The notes under the pieces: generated by a model
Seen by the model: only the letters and a program-made list of their open reading frames with translations
Told to the model about the DNA's origin: nothing
The model's database searches: none
Shown here: one piece after another, positions 25,966 to 40,060 of the stretch
Numbering within the stretch: the stretch's first letter is position 1
Layout: every line of letters begins with the position of its first letter
Origin: Camelus ferus
Taxonomy: Eukaryota
NCBI RefSeq assembly: GCF_009834535.1
Contig: NC_045696.1
Coordinates: forward strand, 9,860,001 to 9,924,000
Reading direction: 5' to 3'
DNA length: 64,000 bases
Made by a program: the position numbers and the translations under genes

Positions 25966-26519
25966 TATTTCGTGGGATCTAAGATGCCTTCAATTATAAG
26001 ATGCAACATTATTTTAATATCACTAAGGAAGAAAAAATACCATTTGTTGTATGATACCACTGATGGTAGAATGCACTCCAATATCCAAGACGTTAAAATT
26101 GATAAAGTATAGCAGTACTCTGGTCTTGATTAACTCATCGTCTGTACTGATCTCTACATTTTCCTGGGGTTACAAAGTCATTTACCCAACAACCAAGAAG
26201 AGGGTATTTGCTGTCTTAGACCAATTTAGTCTAGTTGTGAAAGATTCGGGACCTTAAAAGTAGTTACAGATCCAAGTTCTTGGTAGAGATGTGAGGACTG
26301 GATGTGGATATGGATGCTTGGTTCTTCTAGAATGATCCTGCCTGAGCAGCTGTGAATACCAGGGTTGGGATGTTAGAGTTGGAGTCTATCTGCTGTGTCA
26401 AGAGGAAACTCTGTGCCCACATCTTTCATCTGGAATTTAGTTTCATATCACTGTATCATGTGTTTTGGGGTGGCTTTTGAATTTCTCCACTAGCCTATTT
26501 TAAAATTGAAGCCACTTTC

Positions 26520-27334
26520 CTTTGGAGAAAAGGGAACCCTCCTACACTGCTGGTGGAAATGCAGTTTGGTGCAGCCACTGTGGAAAACAGGATGGAGATT
26601 CCTCAAAAGACCAGGAGTAGACTTACCATATGACCCAGGAATCCCACTCCTGGGCATAAATCCAGAAGGAACCCTACTTCAGAATGATACCTGCACCCCA
26701 ATGTTCATAGCAGCACTATTTACAATAGCCAAGACATGGAAACAGCCTAAATGTCCATCAACAGAAGACTGGATAAAGAAGATGTGGTATATTTATACAA
26801 TGGAATACTATTCAGCCATAAAAACCGACAACATAACACCATTTGCAGCAACATGGATGTTCCTGGAGAAAGTCATTCTAAGTGAAGTAAGCCAGAAAGA
26901 GAAAGAAAAATACCATATGAGATCGCTTATATGAGGAATCTAAAAAACAAAACAAAACAAAAACAAAAACATAAATACAAAACAGAAACAGACTCATAGA
27001 CATAGAATACAAACCTGTGGTTGCCAAGGGGGAGGAGGGTGGGAAGGGATAGACTGGGAGTTCGAGATTTGTAGATACTGACAGGCATATGCAGAATAGA
27101 TAAACAAGATTATACTGTATAGCACAGGGAAATATGTACAAGATCTTGTGGTGGCTCACAGTGAAAAAAAATGTGACAATGAATTTATGTTGTTCATGTA
27201 TAACTGAAAAATTGTGCTCTACACTGGAATTTGACACAACATTGTAAAATGACTATAACTCAATTAAAAATATATTTTAAAATTAAATAAATAAATATTA
27301 GTTGAATGAACAAATGAAAAACATAAAAATAAAA
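26520..27334 (+). mobile_element. Young, 5'-truncated L1 (camelid-type) with target-site duplication
   Basis: Intact ORF2 C-terminus ([42 protein letters not shown]). TSD AAAATTGAAGCC(A/T)CTTTC at 26502-26519 and 27335-27352 at a TTTT/AAAA site. Confidence 0.93.
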
Positions 27335-27994
27335 AAAATTGAAGCCTCTTTCAACTTTCTACCCCCTGATTTGAGTAGACATACCCTATAAATACATGCA
27401 AGCTCACATCCAGACACACACGCAGCAGATTGCAGCTCATCTCTTTTCTGTAAGATTAAGGTTCATCGAATGCTGTCTACAACACGCTTTTTCTATTTTT
27501 ACCTATCTCATTGACCATCATTTTGTAATTATTACAATGAAAAAGCAAAACATAGGGATTCACTAAAGGATCTGAGAGTATATCCTAGGATCCAGGAACA
27601 GGATGTGAGGCTGAGTCTCCTGAAGAACTAGACATGACATTTTTGGTGTCTGGGACTACATGTATCTGTCTCTGCTCTGCTGTAAAAGTGTTCCACCCCC
27701 TCTTCCCCTTCCCCCCACCCTTTCTTGTCTCTCTACTTCTCCAAGCCCACTGTGGAAGATGGCTAGCCCATAGCTTGACTGCCCTGAGGACACATGCGCT
27801 GAGTTCAAGTGACTGCTGACACTGACCATCATCTTTGATCTGAAGAAGGAACCTCACTTGAGATCCAGCTCAGAAGGTACATCCACCCTAAATCCAAGAG
27901 ATTGCAGCCATGAAGTAAAAGAGCTTGGTTGGCAGGGAATAGCTGTCCTTGGAGCAGATCTCACCAAAGACAGCTCTTTGGGGTCAGTAGAGCT

Positions 27995-28200
27995 TGGTGA
28001 TAAAGGGCATGGAGCCAAAACCAGACTGTCTGGATCCAAACTCTAGTTCCATTGCTTAATGGCTGTGTGACCTTGACCAAGTAACTGAAGTCTCTGGGCT
28101 TCGGTTTCCCCATCTGTAACATAATCACACTTAAGGCATAGGGTTGTGGGGAGGATTACATGGGGAATCCTGCCTGCCATGTGGGAGGTGTTTAATAACT
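27995..28200 (+). mobile_element. MIR SINE
   Basis: GGCTGTGTGACCTTGACCAAGTAACT...GGTTTCCCCATCTGTAA. Confidence 0.75.
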
Positions 28201-28789
28201 GCTGCATATTCTGATTGAAGAGACAGACAAGTAAATAGATGGAGGTTGCATGAATTTTCTCCCCACCTCAGGTGCTAGAATTATCGCATTAATCTGTCTA
28301 TCTATCTATCCATCTATCTATCTACCTATGTATCAAAATCAGATCTTCTGGTTTGGTTCCCACCTACCAAAGCCTGACAAGGGATTCCATCTCAGTCATG
28401 ATTTGCCCCTGGCCTTCCCCATCTAGAACAAAGTGATGAATCCAAAAGTAGGGAACTCCATCCCTCCAGGCTAACCATGTGTAGGGTTCATTGATTGACT
28501 CACCAAAGAGTTGTGACTATATGTGCTGGGGACTGGATACAGTGGAGACCAAAACCACACATCTTTCTGCCTCTTGAAGAAAAACTTAAAAGAAAAAGTC
28601 AGTGAGGCCTGTTGGTTGAATGGACACAGAGGGTGAGGCAGAAGAAGGTGCAACAGTGACTTCTGGACTCTTGTTCTCTGTCATTGGATGGATACTGGTG
28701 ACATTTAGGGAGATAGTGTGAGAGGCAAATCACAATTTTTGTTTAGGGCAAGAAATAAGATGTTTAGTAGCAGATAGAATTAGGCTGCC

Positions 28790-28960
28790 CAGGTTCCAGT
28801 CCAGCTCTGTGCTCACCAGCTGCACATTGGGCAAATTCCTTAACTTCAGGCAATTTTCTTCTCTGAAAAATGAGGAGAGTACTAGGTCACAGGGCTGTCA
28901 CAAAGATGAAAGACGTTTATACACGGAAAGCGTCTAAAACAGTGCCTGGCTCCGTTAAGT
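28790..28960 (+). mobile_element. MIR SINE
   Basis: TTGGGCAAATTCCTTAAC...TCTGAAAAATGAGG...AACAGTGCCTGGC. Confidence 0.65.
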
Positions 28961-31219
28961 GTCAGCCTCCAGCACATAATGGGTTTGAGGTGCCTTCGTG
29001 ACATCAGCAGAAGGTAGGCTCCCAGAGCAGGGTTTGCTCTAATTGCTGTCAGATCCTGGCCCCTGATATTACACCTGACACACAGAGGATACTGAACAAA
29101 CACTTGTTGGCTAGACAAGGTAGGACTTCACCTAGAGCATGGGCTGTCCCTGTATGGGTGGTACCTGAGCCTTTAGCTCAGTGGCTCCCCTCAGGATGCA
29201 GAATAGAGGAAAAAGAAGAGCCTCAAACTTGGGGCTATGGGTTCCATTTGGACACAGGTCTCTGTAATTGGACGCCCTACATGGCCTCCCTCTAGGGAGT
29301 CCCTGCAGCATCATTCCCCTCAGGGGGCCTGAAACAAAAATATTCTAGAAGAAATTCAAAGACAGCTCAGACCTTAGGATAAATGCTGGCCTCTCCATCC
29401 TAACATCACGTGGAAAAGGGTGGCACTCTCCTTTCCTGCATCCACAGCTGTGCAAAACCACATTGCCCTGTTTCCCCCAAAGGAGTACAGCACATTAGAA
29501 CTGAAACAAGGGGAAACTGAGACCCAAACAGCAAGGATCCTATGTTCTCAGTACCCAAGAAACTGTAACAAAACTTCCCTAGAACAAGGGTCAGAGGTCA
29601 GAGGATCTAGGAAGAGGAACTGGGAATGACTGGAAATGCCTGATTATGTGAAAATCAGTGCTAAGGAATATGAGTAATGAGTCTAGACGTGTAATTGCCC
29701 GCATGCTGATGCCACGCCTGGACCTCCCTCCAGCTGCCCCACCCTGAACAGTTGATTGCTCCAGTTCTAGACAGCAGAGGCTGGGTTGGGAAGAATTACG
29801 GAAGAAGTACAGGTAAAGGCCAGGATCCCAGGGACACAGTATTTAAAAAAGCCCTAATCTCCCGGGACATGGCATTGAAAGTTACGGAAACACAGAAGCT
29901 GCTCCATCACAATGGTTCCTGGAAGCCACCCCACCCTGCACCTCACCCAGGGTATCATATAAAAAGGGAGTTCCGACACCCTCTCCCTGCCTGTTCCAGG
30001 CTGCCTGCCTTGGCCCATTCCTCCTACCTCATTCCAGTCTTGATTTTATCCTTTCAACTTTCAGTCTTATTGGTCATTCTTTCATGCTTCAGTTTTGTTC
30101 AATGGCAACGTCCTTTTGCCTCTGACATTGGTTCCTTCAAACCATGATTCTTGGTCCACCACCATTTTTGAGCCAGTTGTGGGTCACCTCTCTGCTTCAT
30201 CCTTTCACGTGCCTCCAGGACCCTGGTAGCCTCTGCTCTGGAGGGCTCCCTCCCTGAGCTCTCTCCTCACAGTTACATTCCATGCACTACCTAGACCCTG
30301 CTGGTATCCACTTCTTATTCCAGCCTAGATCTCTGTCTTGGGCTCCAGGCCCACGTTTTGGCTACTAGACATCTCTGCCAGGATGTTCCAAATGCAACCA
30401 AGATTCAGGAGTCCAGCTGAATCCAGTAGCTCCCTTTGGGTTCTGTGTCCTGTGAGTGGCACCACCAAACACCCAGGTCTGATGCCAGAAATTTGCAACC
30501 CTCCTAGCCTTGACCTTATCTCTTATTTCTCATCCAATCAGTCAACAAGTAACTCTCAAATCCATCTCATCCTTCTGAACCACTTCACTCCAGGGTCCTT
30601 AAATTCACTCCTGATCACCTCTCAGTGACTTGAGTCTTCCTTCTTCTACTCTCAGAATAGTCCAACTCAAATATCAATCTGATCAGTTCCCCTCCCTATT
30701 TAAAACTCTAACTGGCTCCTGGAGCAAGGGATACTCTGGGGTAACATTCCAAATTCATTCACTCATTCAGCAATTATTTACTGAGATCCTACCATCTGAC
30801 AGGCACTGTGCAGGTAAGGGGTATACATTGGGAAATAGAGCAGACATGGTGATATAAAATTCAAAGAAATTCAAGGTCATCTGTGAATGATTCTTCCAAA
30901 CATATCCAGTTTAATCTCTCAATACATCCCTGCCTTGTACCGTAGTCCCCCCTCAAAGCACCCTACTTCCTTGCCTTTGATAAGTCTCTTCCAGCCTTCT
31001 ATAGGCTTCCTCATTTTTTTGGATAATTATTACGTTCTTCCTAACTCAGCTGCATTCTCAGCTCCTCTTGAAAGCTTTCCCTAACATCCCACCCCAAGCC
31101 CCTTTGTATTTACCTGCCCTACTCTATGCCACCAACACCTGTGTTTACCTCTATAATTGTACTTATTACACAGTGTGGTGACATCGTTCACTTGCCTGTG
31201 TTCTGTTTCCCATCCAACC

Positions 31220-31221
<2 letters not shown>

Positions 31222-31263
<42 letters not shown>

Positions 31264-31268
31264 ACACT
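31222..31268. repeat. (CA)n microsatellite
   Basis: Direct reading. Confidence 0.95.
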
Positions 31269-31402
31269 TATAAGCTTCTTAATTTAAGGGTAATTTTTAA
31301 TCACCCATATTCAACCATGCATGGTACATGGTCAGCATTTGGTAAGTGAACTATATAAAGATAACATATCTCATTCTTGTTGCGTTACCATCATATTTAA
31401 TG

Positions 31403-31769
31403 TACTTAAACAACATGAGTTTGAACTGTGTCAGTCCATTTATACATGAATATTTTTCAACAAATATATTAAATTTTTTGAGGTTTGCAACAGTTTGAAA
31501 AACCACGAAGATGAACTGCGTAGCCAGACTAGAAATACCTTAAAAAAATTAAGAAAAAGTTAGGTATGTCATGAATGCATAAAATATATGTAGATATACA
31601 TACAACATGCAAAATACGTGTTAATTGACTATTTATGCATTTGGTAAATTTTCTGGTCAACAAGAGGCTATCAGTAGTTAAGTTTTGGAGGAGTCAAAAG
31701 TTATACACAGATTTTCAACGGCACAGGAGATCAGTGCCCTTAATCCCAGCATGGTTCAAGGGTCAACTT
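31403..31769 (+). mobile_element. Non-autonomous Tigger2a/MER8-like element
   Basis: Begins CTTAAACAACATGAGTTTGAACTG and ends GTTCAAGGGTCAACT. Homologous to both ends of the 22647-25965 element. Confidence 0.85.
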
Positions 31770-33559
31770 TATTTATTTACATAATTCATTATAAATGCAA
31801 GTAACTATCTTGGTCACTTTGGATGTCACATTTAATAAACTCTTGAGAGACTAGCATTAGGTTCATCTATTGAGGGCCTAATGAACAAAGTTTTCTTGAG
31901 TGCCTACTGTGTGCAAGGCATCATTCTAGCACTGCACAAAGTCAGACACTAAAGTCCCTCTCCGGGTGGAGCTTGTGTTCTAGTGGGGAAAGGTAGGCTG
32001 TAAACACAGAGGCAAATAGAAACCTCAGGGAGTGATAGGTGCTATGATGAAAACCCAAGAGTAATGGGACAGAGCGTTCAGGTGGATGCCGCGGAAGGAC
32101 ACTGCGAAATAGCTAGAGTGATTTAGCAACCTCTCTTTATCTTAACTGCCTCATTTTAAGAGCAGTTCCAGTATCAGGAAGCTTGAAGGATTGCATAAGA
32201 AAATATGGAAGCAGCCTTGACATTTCATAAAAAGTGTCCTTCTTGCAGGGTTGTAAGCCAGGGAGAGCCGTGACCTAATTTATGCTCTGAAAGCAGCAGC
32301 CAAACGCTGGTGGTGAATGGATCGCAGGGCCATGAGGGGAAGCGGGGACCACACAGGAGCCTGTCCTGATGGCAGGATGGAGCTTCTGACTTCAGTGTCT
32401 GGAAGCAGGTCCCGTCAAGTGTCCCTGTGATTTACGGACACTCCCCGCTATAAAGGCAGGTGTAAGAGACGTCTTGCCGGGTGTGAAGAACGCGTCTGTG
32501 CCTGATGGAATGTGTAAGAACAAGCCCGTGTTTCCCCCAGCTCACAGGAATCACACACTCGTCCTGCGTCAATTCTGTGTGGATCACACCTGGGCAGGCG
32601 CTCCCATCTGGTTCTCCGGGATGATTGCGTCTTTCTGCTGTTCCTTGACTGTCTCCTTGGGGTTTTATTTCCATCACTGTGTCTCTATGAATCCTTGACA
32701 TTTCAACGTTCTTCCTACAGTTTCCCAGAGTTTCTAGAAGCTCCTCAGCCATTGTTACACTTTGAAAGATTTGACGAACTGAATAAGAACACGTGCAATT
32801 CTTAGATGAGGGAACTGAACACTCAGAAATGCACAGATTTCTTATAAACATGACCTACATGTCACCCGCTAAGGGTGAAGTTTCTGAATGTCATCAGGAT
32901 GAGGTTGTCATACTATCATCAAATGCTTGCCCATTCAAGGGCTGGACTGAAGCATGAAAACTAGGAGAAGGTCTGCTTCAGGGAACACAATGATGTATGT
33001 TTGTTGAATGAATGCCTGAACTAATTCTTGATTAATGGCATGCCCAAGAGCAGAATTAGGAAAAAACATCTAGGAAACATTCTAAGTGAAGCTGCTCTTG
33101 GTGATCTTGGATGGCTTGGCTCAAAATTCTAGGCTTGGTCTTCCCTTCCTCCTATGCTCCCTTTCTTCTTAATTGTTTATTTTTAGTTATGAAAACCATG
33201 CATACACACCCCCCCCTCAACAAGCAGCCAGTCCTCTCCCTAGAGGTAACCACTGTTTTTAGATTTGTATGGATACTTCTGAGATTATTTCTATGTACTC
33301 TGGAAGTACGTGTGCATATATATGTATGTGTGCACCACAGAAGTGCCGGTATGAATGTATATGCAAATATATATAGTGTTGCTTTGTCTCCGTATAAATG
33401 TATCACATCGTGTGCATCATCCTGCAATTTGTTCAGTTTTCTTAATGGTAAAAATATGTCTTCAAAAACTCTCCAATGTCACTCTGTATAAATCTACTGT
33501 TTTAAAATGTTACTCAACATCTCAGCATGCCATAATTTACGTGTATCTTAATGTATTTA

Positions 33560-35850
33560 ATCATTTTTTTTCCTTTTGTAATTGTGTGTGTGAGAGAACC
33601 CAAATACAGAAAAAGGAAGAACCAAAAATGTATAGCTTAATGTTTTATCCCAAAGTAAACATCCATGTAACTAGTTCAAAAAATAGTGTTACCAGCAGCC
33701 TAGAAATCTTCCCAATATCCCAGTCACCATCCCTCCCTGATAAAAGTAGTCACTATTCTGATTTTTATGGAAGCCACTTCCCAGATTTAAAAAATGTTAC
33801 CTCCTAAGCTTATATCCCTACACGTTATAGTTTAGTTTTACTTGATTTTTGAATTTCATATAAATGGAATCTTGCAGTTAGTATTCTTTTGCACTTGGTT
33901 TCTTTCCTTCAAAGTTATATTTATGAGATTAATCCATGTTGCTCCATACAGTAGTTCTTTTACTTTTGTTGCTTATCTTATTTTATTTTATGAATATATT
34001 ACAATTTATTTATCCATCCTACTGTTATAGGACGTTAGGGCTGTTTAAAGTTTAAAGTTCCTGGGAACTTTCCCTGGCATTCTTGTGCATACACATGTAC
34101 TTGCATTTCTACTGGGCATAGACATAGGAGTGGAATTGTAGGAGCATAACGTATGTGTATCTTCAAATTTAATAGGTAACACTAAGCTGTTTTTCAAAAT
34201 GGATGCAGGATTTAATCTCTTATTAGCTGTGTGCGACAGTTCCCTTTGCTTTGTGTCCTCACCAAATAATGTAGTATTATCAGTCTTTTTAATTGTAGCC
34301 ATTCTGATGAATCTGTTGATTCTCACTGGTTTTAATTTGCACTTTTCTGATTTGTAAGTTTTTTGGCAATTTGGATAACGTTTTTGTGAATTGCCCATTC
34401 AAGTTGCTTGCCCCTTTTTCTCCTGGTTATCTTTTTCTTATTGGTTTGTAAGAGTTGCTTTTAAAAAAAATATCTTCTCTTAAACAAATATTCTTAATTT
34501 TAAACAAGCATGATTTATCCATCTTTATTTCAATGGTTAAAACATGATGTACTCTGTTTAAGATTTTTACTACCCAAAAGTAGGAAAACAGTGTCTATAT
34601 TATCAACTAGAAACTTGGTTTTATCTTTCACATTTAGATGTAGAATCCATCTGAAATTAAATTTTATGTATGATATGAGTCATGGGTTGAGTTTCTTTTT
34701 TTCCCATATGGATATCCAGTTGTCCCATATCATTTATTGAAGAGAACTGTGTCAAATATCCAGTGTCCAAATATGCATGAGTCTGTTTCTAGATTCCTGT
34801 ATTTTATACCACTGAAACTTTTGTCTTTCCACCCACTAATACACATTAGTTTAATCACTGTGATTTTATAAGTAGATAACCAATAGAGCAAATCCTTCTG
34901 CCTTATTATTCTTCTTAAGAATGCTTTGCTCTTCTTGGCCCTTTGCACTGCTATACCTGTAGGTTCTTTTTGACACATGCTATGATATTATTTATGAATC
35001 ATGTGAGTTTTGTATTTTTCTTTCTAATTCATATATCATCCACTTCCTTATCTTGTTTTTCTTCATTGGCTAGGAGCTCCAGTACAATGTTGAATAGAAA
35101 TAAGAGTGGACATTTTTGTTTTATCCCCATTTTCAAAAAGAGACCTTTCAAAATTTCATCCAGTAAGTATAATGTTTGCTATTGCTATAGCTTTTTTTTA
35201 TTTTCATAGATAACACTTGCCATATTGAAGTTGTTCTCTTCCATTCCCAATTTTCTTAAAAATTTTTATGGATGATAAATTTTATCCAAATGATTTTTCT
35301 GAATGTCTGGATTGGTCATAGTTTTCTTTATTTGTTAATCTGGCAAATTACATGATTTATTTTCATGACTGATTTATTTTCTAACGTTATTCTTCGGACA
35401 AATTTAATTTAGTCACAATACTATCTTTTATATAATGCTGACTTTGGTTGGCCAGTGTTTGGGAATTTTGCTTGTGAGTTCTACATTGACTTGAATTTTC
35501 CTTTCTTGTAATGTTCTTGTTAAGTTTTGACATCAGTTGTTTTCCTCATATAACAAGTTTTTGAGAATTCCTCCTTTTCCATGTTCTGGGACCATATGTG
35601 TAAGATTGGTGTTATTCTCTAAATGTTTGTTCAAATTCACCATTGAAGACTTCAGGGAATAGTTTGCTTTGAGAAAAAGTTTTAAACAACAGATTCAGTT
35701 TCTCTAACAAATATTCAGGCAATGCTTTCTTGAATCTATTTTATTATGTGGACTTTTTGAAGGAAATTTCCATTTAATTTTTGGCATAAAATTGTTTCAT
35801 AGCATCCTTTTTTTGTATACCAATGGGATCTATAGTGATTGCTCTCTTTT
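33560..35850 (-). mobile_element. Ancient L1M fragments
   Basis: Reverse L1 motifs (GCTAGGAGCTCCAGTACAATGTTGAATAG; GGATATCCAGTTGTCCC). Confidence 0.8.
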
Positions 35851-36852
35851 AATTTCTGACTCTCTCTCTGGTCTAATTTAAATATAATCAGGCCTGAGTC
35901 TTTACTGTTATACAAACACCATTTCCTTTGTTGCTTGTTCCACCTGGAAAGCCAGACTTCACTTCTCTCCTTTTCAAACGATACTCATCCATTAAGTTTC
36001 CATGCAAGTTACATGGTCTCCATGAAGAGTTTGATGATTATCTCATTCTGCACTAATTTCTTTCTTTTCTGGACACCTACATATTTTTATCTTTATATTT
36101 CTATTTGTTCTTAATTATACACTTTTTCTATTTTATTGTTGTATGCCTTCTAATCAAACTGTACATTCTGAAGGTAAGAACAAAGACATTTTCCAAGTTT
36201 CCCATAGCACTCAGATGGTGATAATTATACAGAAGGGCTCAGTTTAAAAACTACTGATTGAGAGATAATAGATTAATCCTATAGTCCATAGAAACTCAAT
36301 GCTACAGAAATACCACAAAAAGAATTTAAGAAAGTATTTTGTTGATAAAACAGTAAAATAGCATCCTAAGACAGGAAGAATTAAAGCATAACTGAAACTG
36401 TTCGTATGTCAACTCTTGAATAGCAAAAGAGTATCACCCTTCCAGATTAGCCTCCACTGTAGTTTCTGTTGTCATAAAAATTAAGGTATGAATTTAATAA
36501 GCTTATGCAATAAAAGTTAAGCTATTAAGTTACTTAATTTTTTTAAAAACTGTAGAGAAGGAAATGAGCAAAATGAAACTAAAATAGAGAAGAAAACTAC
36601 TTGTAGCTGGAACTAAGAAAAGCTCCAACCTTTTATTCCAGACTCTGAAAAGTATTGTCCAGATATGATGCAACATGGATTAAACTGAGAGAGAATTCCA
36701 GGAGGAACTATACGATTCCACAGTGCACAGGCCTAGTGCAGTGGGACAAGTAAACCCTTTTGGAGAGTCACTGCAGAAGGAAAAACATAAAGTCGTTGGT
36801 AATACTGCAGAAAACATGAGGGAACGTCTCCCCAAAATCTTGTTTTCATCAT

Positions 36853-37207
36853 TGTCTTAGTCTGTTCAGACCTCTATAACAAAAATGCCAAATACCAGGG
36901 GGCTTGTAACAACAGAAATTTGTTTCTCATAATTCTGGAGGCTGGGAAGTTCGAGATTAAGACACCAGGAGATTCAGTGTCTGAGGCAGGCACACTTTCC
37001 TGCTCTTAGGAGGCTGCCATCTAGCTGAGTCATCATGCACATTTTCTAGGGTCTTTTTTTTTTTGAACACTACACATATTCACAAGGGCTCCCCCATCAT
37101 GACCTAATCATCCCCCCAAAGGCCCCACCTCCCAGTCCATCACATTGGGGATTAAGTTTCAACATATGAATTTGGGGTGGGGAGACACAAACATTAAGTC
37201 TATGGCA
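36853..37207 (-). mobile_element. MaLR LTR (MST/MLT1A-like)
   Basis: TGTCTTAGTCTGTTCAG..CTATAACAAAA..TTCTGGAGGCTGGGAAGT..GGGGAGACACAAACATT. Confidence 0.85.
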
Positions 37208-37639
37208 ATCCTTATTTATACTTGTGAAGATTTTACATTCATCAAGCAACCTACTATGAAAATGGAGAATATACCTTGGAAGTTTAAAAAAAAAAAGTAC
37301 ATCAAAGTAACTTCAGTGGGGATGCTAAATAGCAAAAAGAACATTTCTGAAATTCAATGTATGAATAACTAAAAAATTTTTCAAAAAAACAAAACCCAAA
37401 GAAATAGCTATTTTAAGACTAAGATATGAAATATGAGGAAAGATCTAAGAGAGTCGGCCACTTAAATGAGTTCCAATAGACAATAATTCACTTGGAAAAG
37501 AGCCCATAATCCAATAAATAGTAAAAGAAAATTCCCCTATGCTAAGAAAGACTTGGATCTTCACATCAAAAGAAGCCAACAAACACTAGGGAGGAATTCT
37601 AAATAGAAGACAGTCAACTAAACCTGCCACAGTGAAATG

Positions 37640-38140
37640 TATTTATTTTCTCCAGTTTTATTGAGGTATAATTAACACATAAAAATTATGCATATTTAAC
37701 ATATTAATCATTATAACATAATGATTTGATACACGTGTACGTCAAGAAACGATTACCACGATCAACCTAACTAACACATCCATCACTTCACACAGTTACC
37801 TTTTCTTGTTTGTTTTTGGTGAAAACAGAAGATCTATTTTTTAGCAAATTACATGTATGCAATACAGTAGCATTAGCTGTATTAACTGTTAACAGTATAG
37901 TCACCATGCTGTACATTAGAGTCCCCAGAATTTAGTCATCTTATAACTGAAAGTTTGTACCCTTTGACCAATGTCTTCCATTTCCCTTACCTCCCAGCCC
38001 CTGCCAACCACCACCCTGTTTCTTTAAATTCAACTTTTAAAAATTCCACATGTGTGTGAGATCAGGCAGTACTTGTCTTTCTGTATCTGGTTTATTTCAT
38101 TTAGCATAATGTCCTCCAGGTTCGCCATGTTGTCACAAAA
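37640..38140 (-). mobile_element. L1 3'UTR fragment (L1MA-like)
   Basis: TTTTATTGAGGTATAATT...GTCACCATGCTGTACATTAGA...TTATTTCATTTAGCATAATG. Confidence 0.85.
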
Positions 38141-38949
38141 GAGACATAAAGAGAAATGTCATATTAAGTAAAAATCCCACACACTTCCAAACAAAAGCAG
38201 AAGACTGTGTGTTGAGGACCGACAGTGGCATTCTCACCTGCAGCTTTCAAATGCTAGGAGAGTGAAACAACATTGACAGAATTCTGAAGGAATTCTAGAG
38301 CCAAACTACAATTCATGTGTAATCATAAAGGGAAGACGGGCTTGGACAGACAAAGATCCAAATTACATACCATCCCCATAGTCTTTCTGAAGATTTTACT
38401 TGAGGACGTTCTCTAAAGCAATGATAATGGATCAGAATAAACATGACAAGAATAGGAAGAGTCTGTATATACTAAATGTAATAGGAAACATTTATTGAGC
38501 ACTCACTGTGGATTGAACATGATAATCAAAGGAAGAGACTTTTGGAATGCAGGAAAATAGGGCATTCACATTTCCTTACCCTTTCTGAGAAAATTACTTG
38601 AGTATACTCTACCCAAATAAGAAGAATCAGAATCAAGAAAAAAGTCTAGTATGTAATAGTAATAATAATGATTGCCAACATTTATTGAAGGCTTATACTG
38701 ATTGAAGTAGCACTATTCTAATCAACTTTACATTTATATCTCATTTAATTTTTTCCAGTATCACCATAGGGATGAACTGTTATTTCCCCATTATACAAAG
38801 GAAGAAACTGAGACATAAGAATAATTTGTCCAAGGTTAAACAGCCAGAATAGCGACAGAGCTGGCTCTTTGGACCCAAGAAATTGGCTACACAATTGGTA
38901 GTCTTACCCATTTCTTTACTCTGATGATGAACAATGAAACCATCTATTC

Positions 38950-40060
38950 GGTTATTCTAGGTGATAGAGATTAGGAGTAAATAAAACATAGTACCTATCC
39001 TTATCACATCTGCACTCTTGTGGGCATAAAGTCAACAAATACATATGTTCAATGAAGGAAAACAATGTAGGGCAAAGAGAGTGAGTGGAAGGAACTGCTA
39101 TTATAGATGGGGGGTGGTCAGAGAGGGCATCGCTGAGTTGATACTGAAGCAAAGACCCAAAATAGGTGAGGGAGGCTACCATGAGGATATAGAGGGGGCG
39201 GGGCAAATGCTCCAAGCACCATGAAGGCAGAAGTGGTCTCAGAAAACTCAGGAATGAATAAGGAGGCAAGTGTGGCTAGAGTCAAGTGAAGGTAAGGAGA
39301 AGAGTTGGAGGTGGATGTGGAGAGGTACCAGGGAAGCAGATCACCTAAGGTTTGTAAACTATGGAAAGGACTTTGAATTATATTCTACTGTGATGGGAAA
39401 CAATAGAAAGGATCACTCTGTCTTTGGTCTGGAGACAAGATGGAAAGAGTCAAGATAGTTAAGAGTGTATTGTGCTAATCCAGGAGAAATGTGATGTTAT
39501 TTTGTGGTGATGATGTTAGTAGAGGAATTGGATATTTACTTTGAAGATAGAAACAAAAGAATTTACTGTTGGATTGAATTGGGGGAGTATGAGAGAAAGA
39601 GACAATTCAAGTGTGATTCTAAAATTCTTGACCTGAAAATTGGTCAAATTGAATTGGGTTAATAGGGTGCCATTCACAGAGATGGAGAAAAACAGAGGAA
39701 GACCAAATCTGGGGAGAGAATTAAGAGTTTGGTTTTGGACATGTTAAATTTGAGGTGCTCATTGAACATCCAAGTGGAGATGTCAAATTGGCAAGTGGAG
39801 TTTAGGATAGTGTTAAGGATTGGAAATACCAACTCGAGAATTGTCTGAAAAGTGATATTTAAAGCCTTGGAACCAGATGAGATCACCTAAAGTGTGAGGT
39901 AAGTGACGACAGAAAAGTTCTGAAGACTCAGTCTCGGGGCACTGAAATACTCAGAAGTTAAGAAGAGGAGAATCAAGCAAAAGAGAATGAGAGGGAGTCT
40001 CCTAGAAGTAAGAGAGCACTGGGATTATGTGGCGTCATGGAAGCCACAGAAGGAAAGTGG
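38950..40060 (-). mobile_element. L2 LINE fragment
   Basis: Minus ORF piece DISTWMFNEHLKFNMSKTKLLI is an L2 RT motif. GTTTGGTTTTGGACATGTTAAATTTGAGGTG. Confidence 0.85.

Noticed and set aside
32432..32851. 139-aa minus ORF and a nearby TATAAA in a mildly CpG-rich patch
   Set aside because: No homology recognised and no supporting gene structure.
10183..35772. Isolated TonE-consensus hits (~10183, 13941, 15298, 29631, ~35762)
   Set aside because: Mostly within old repeats or unclustered, and the loose consensus occurs by chance at about this rate.
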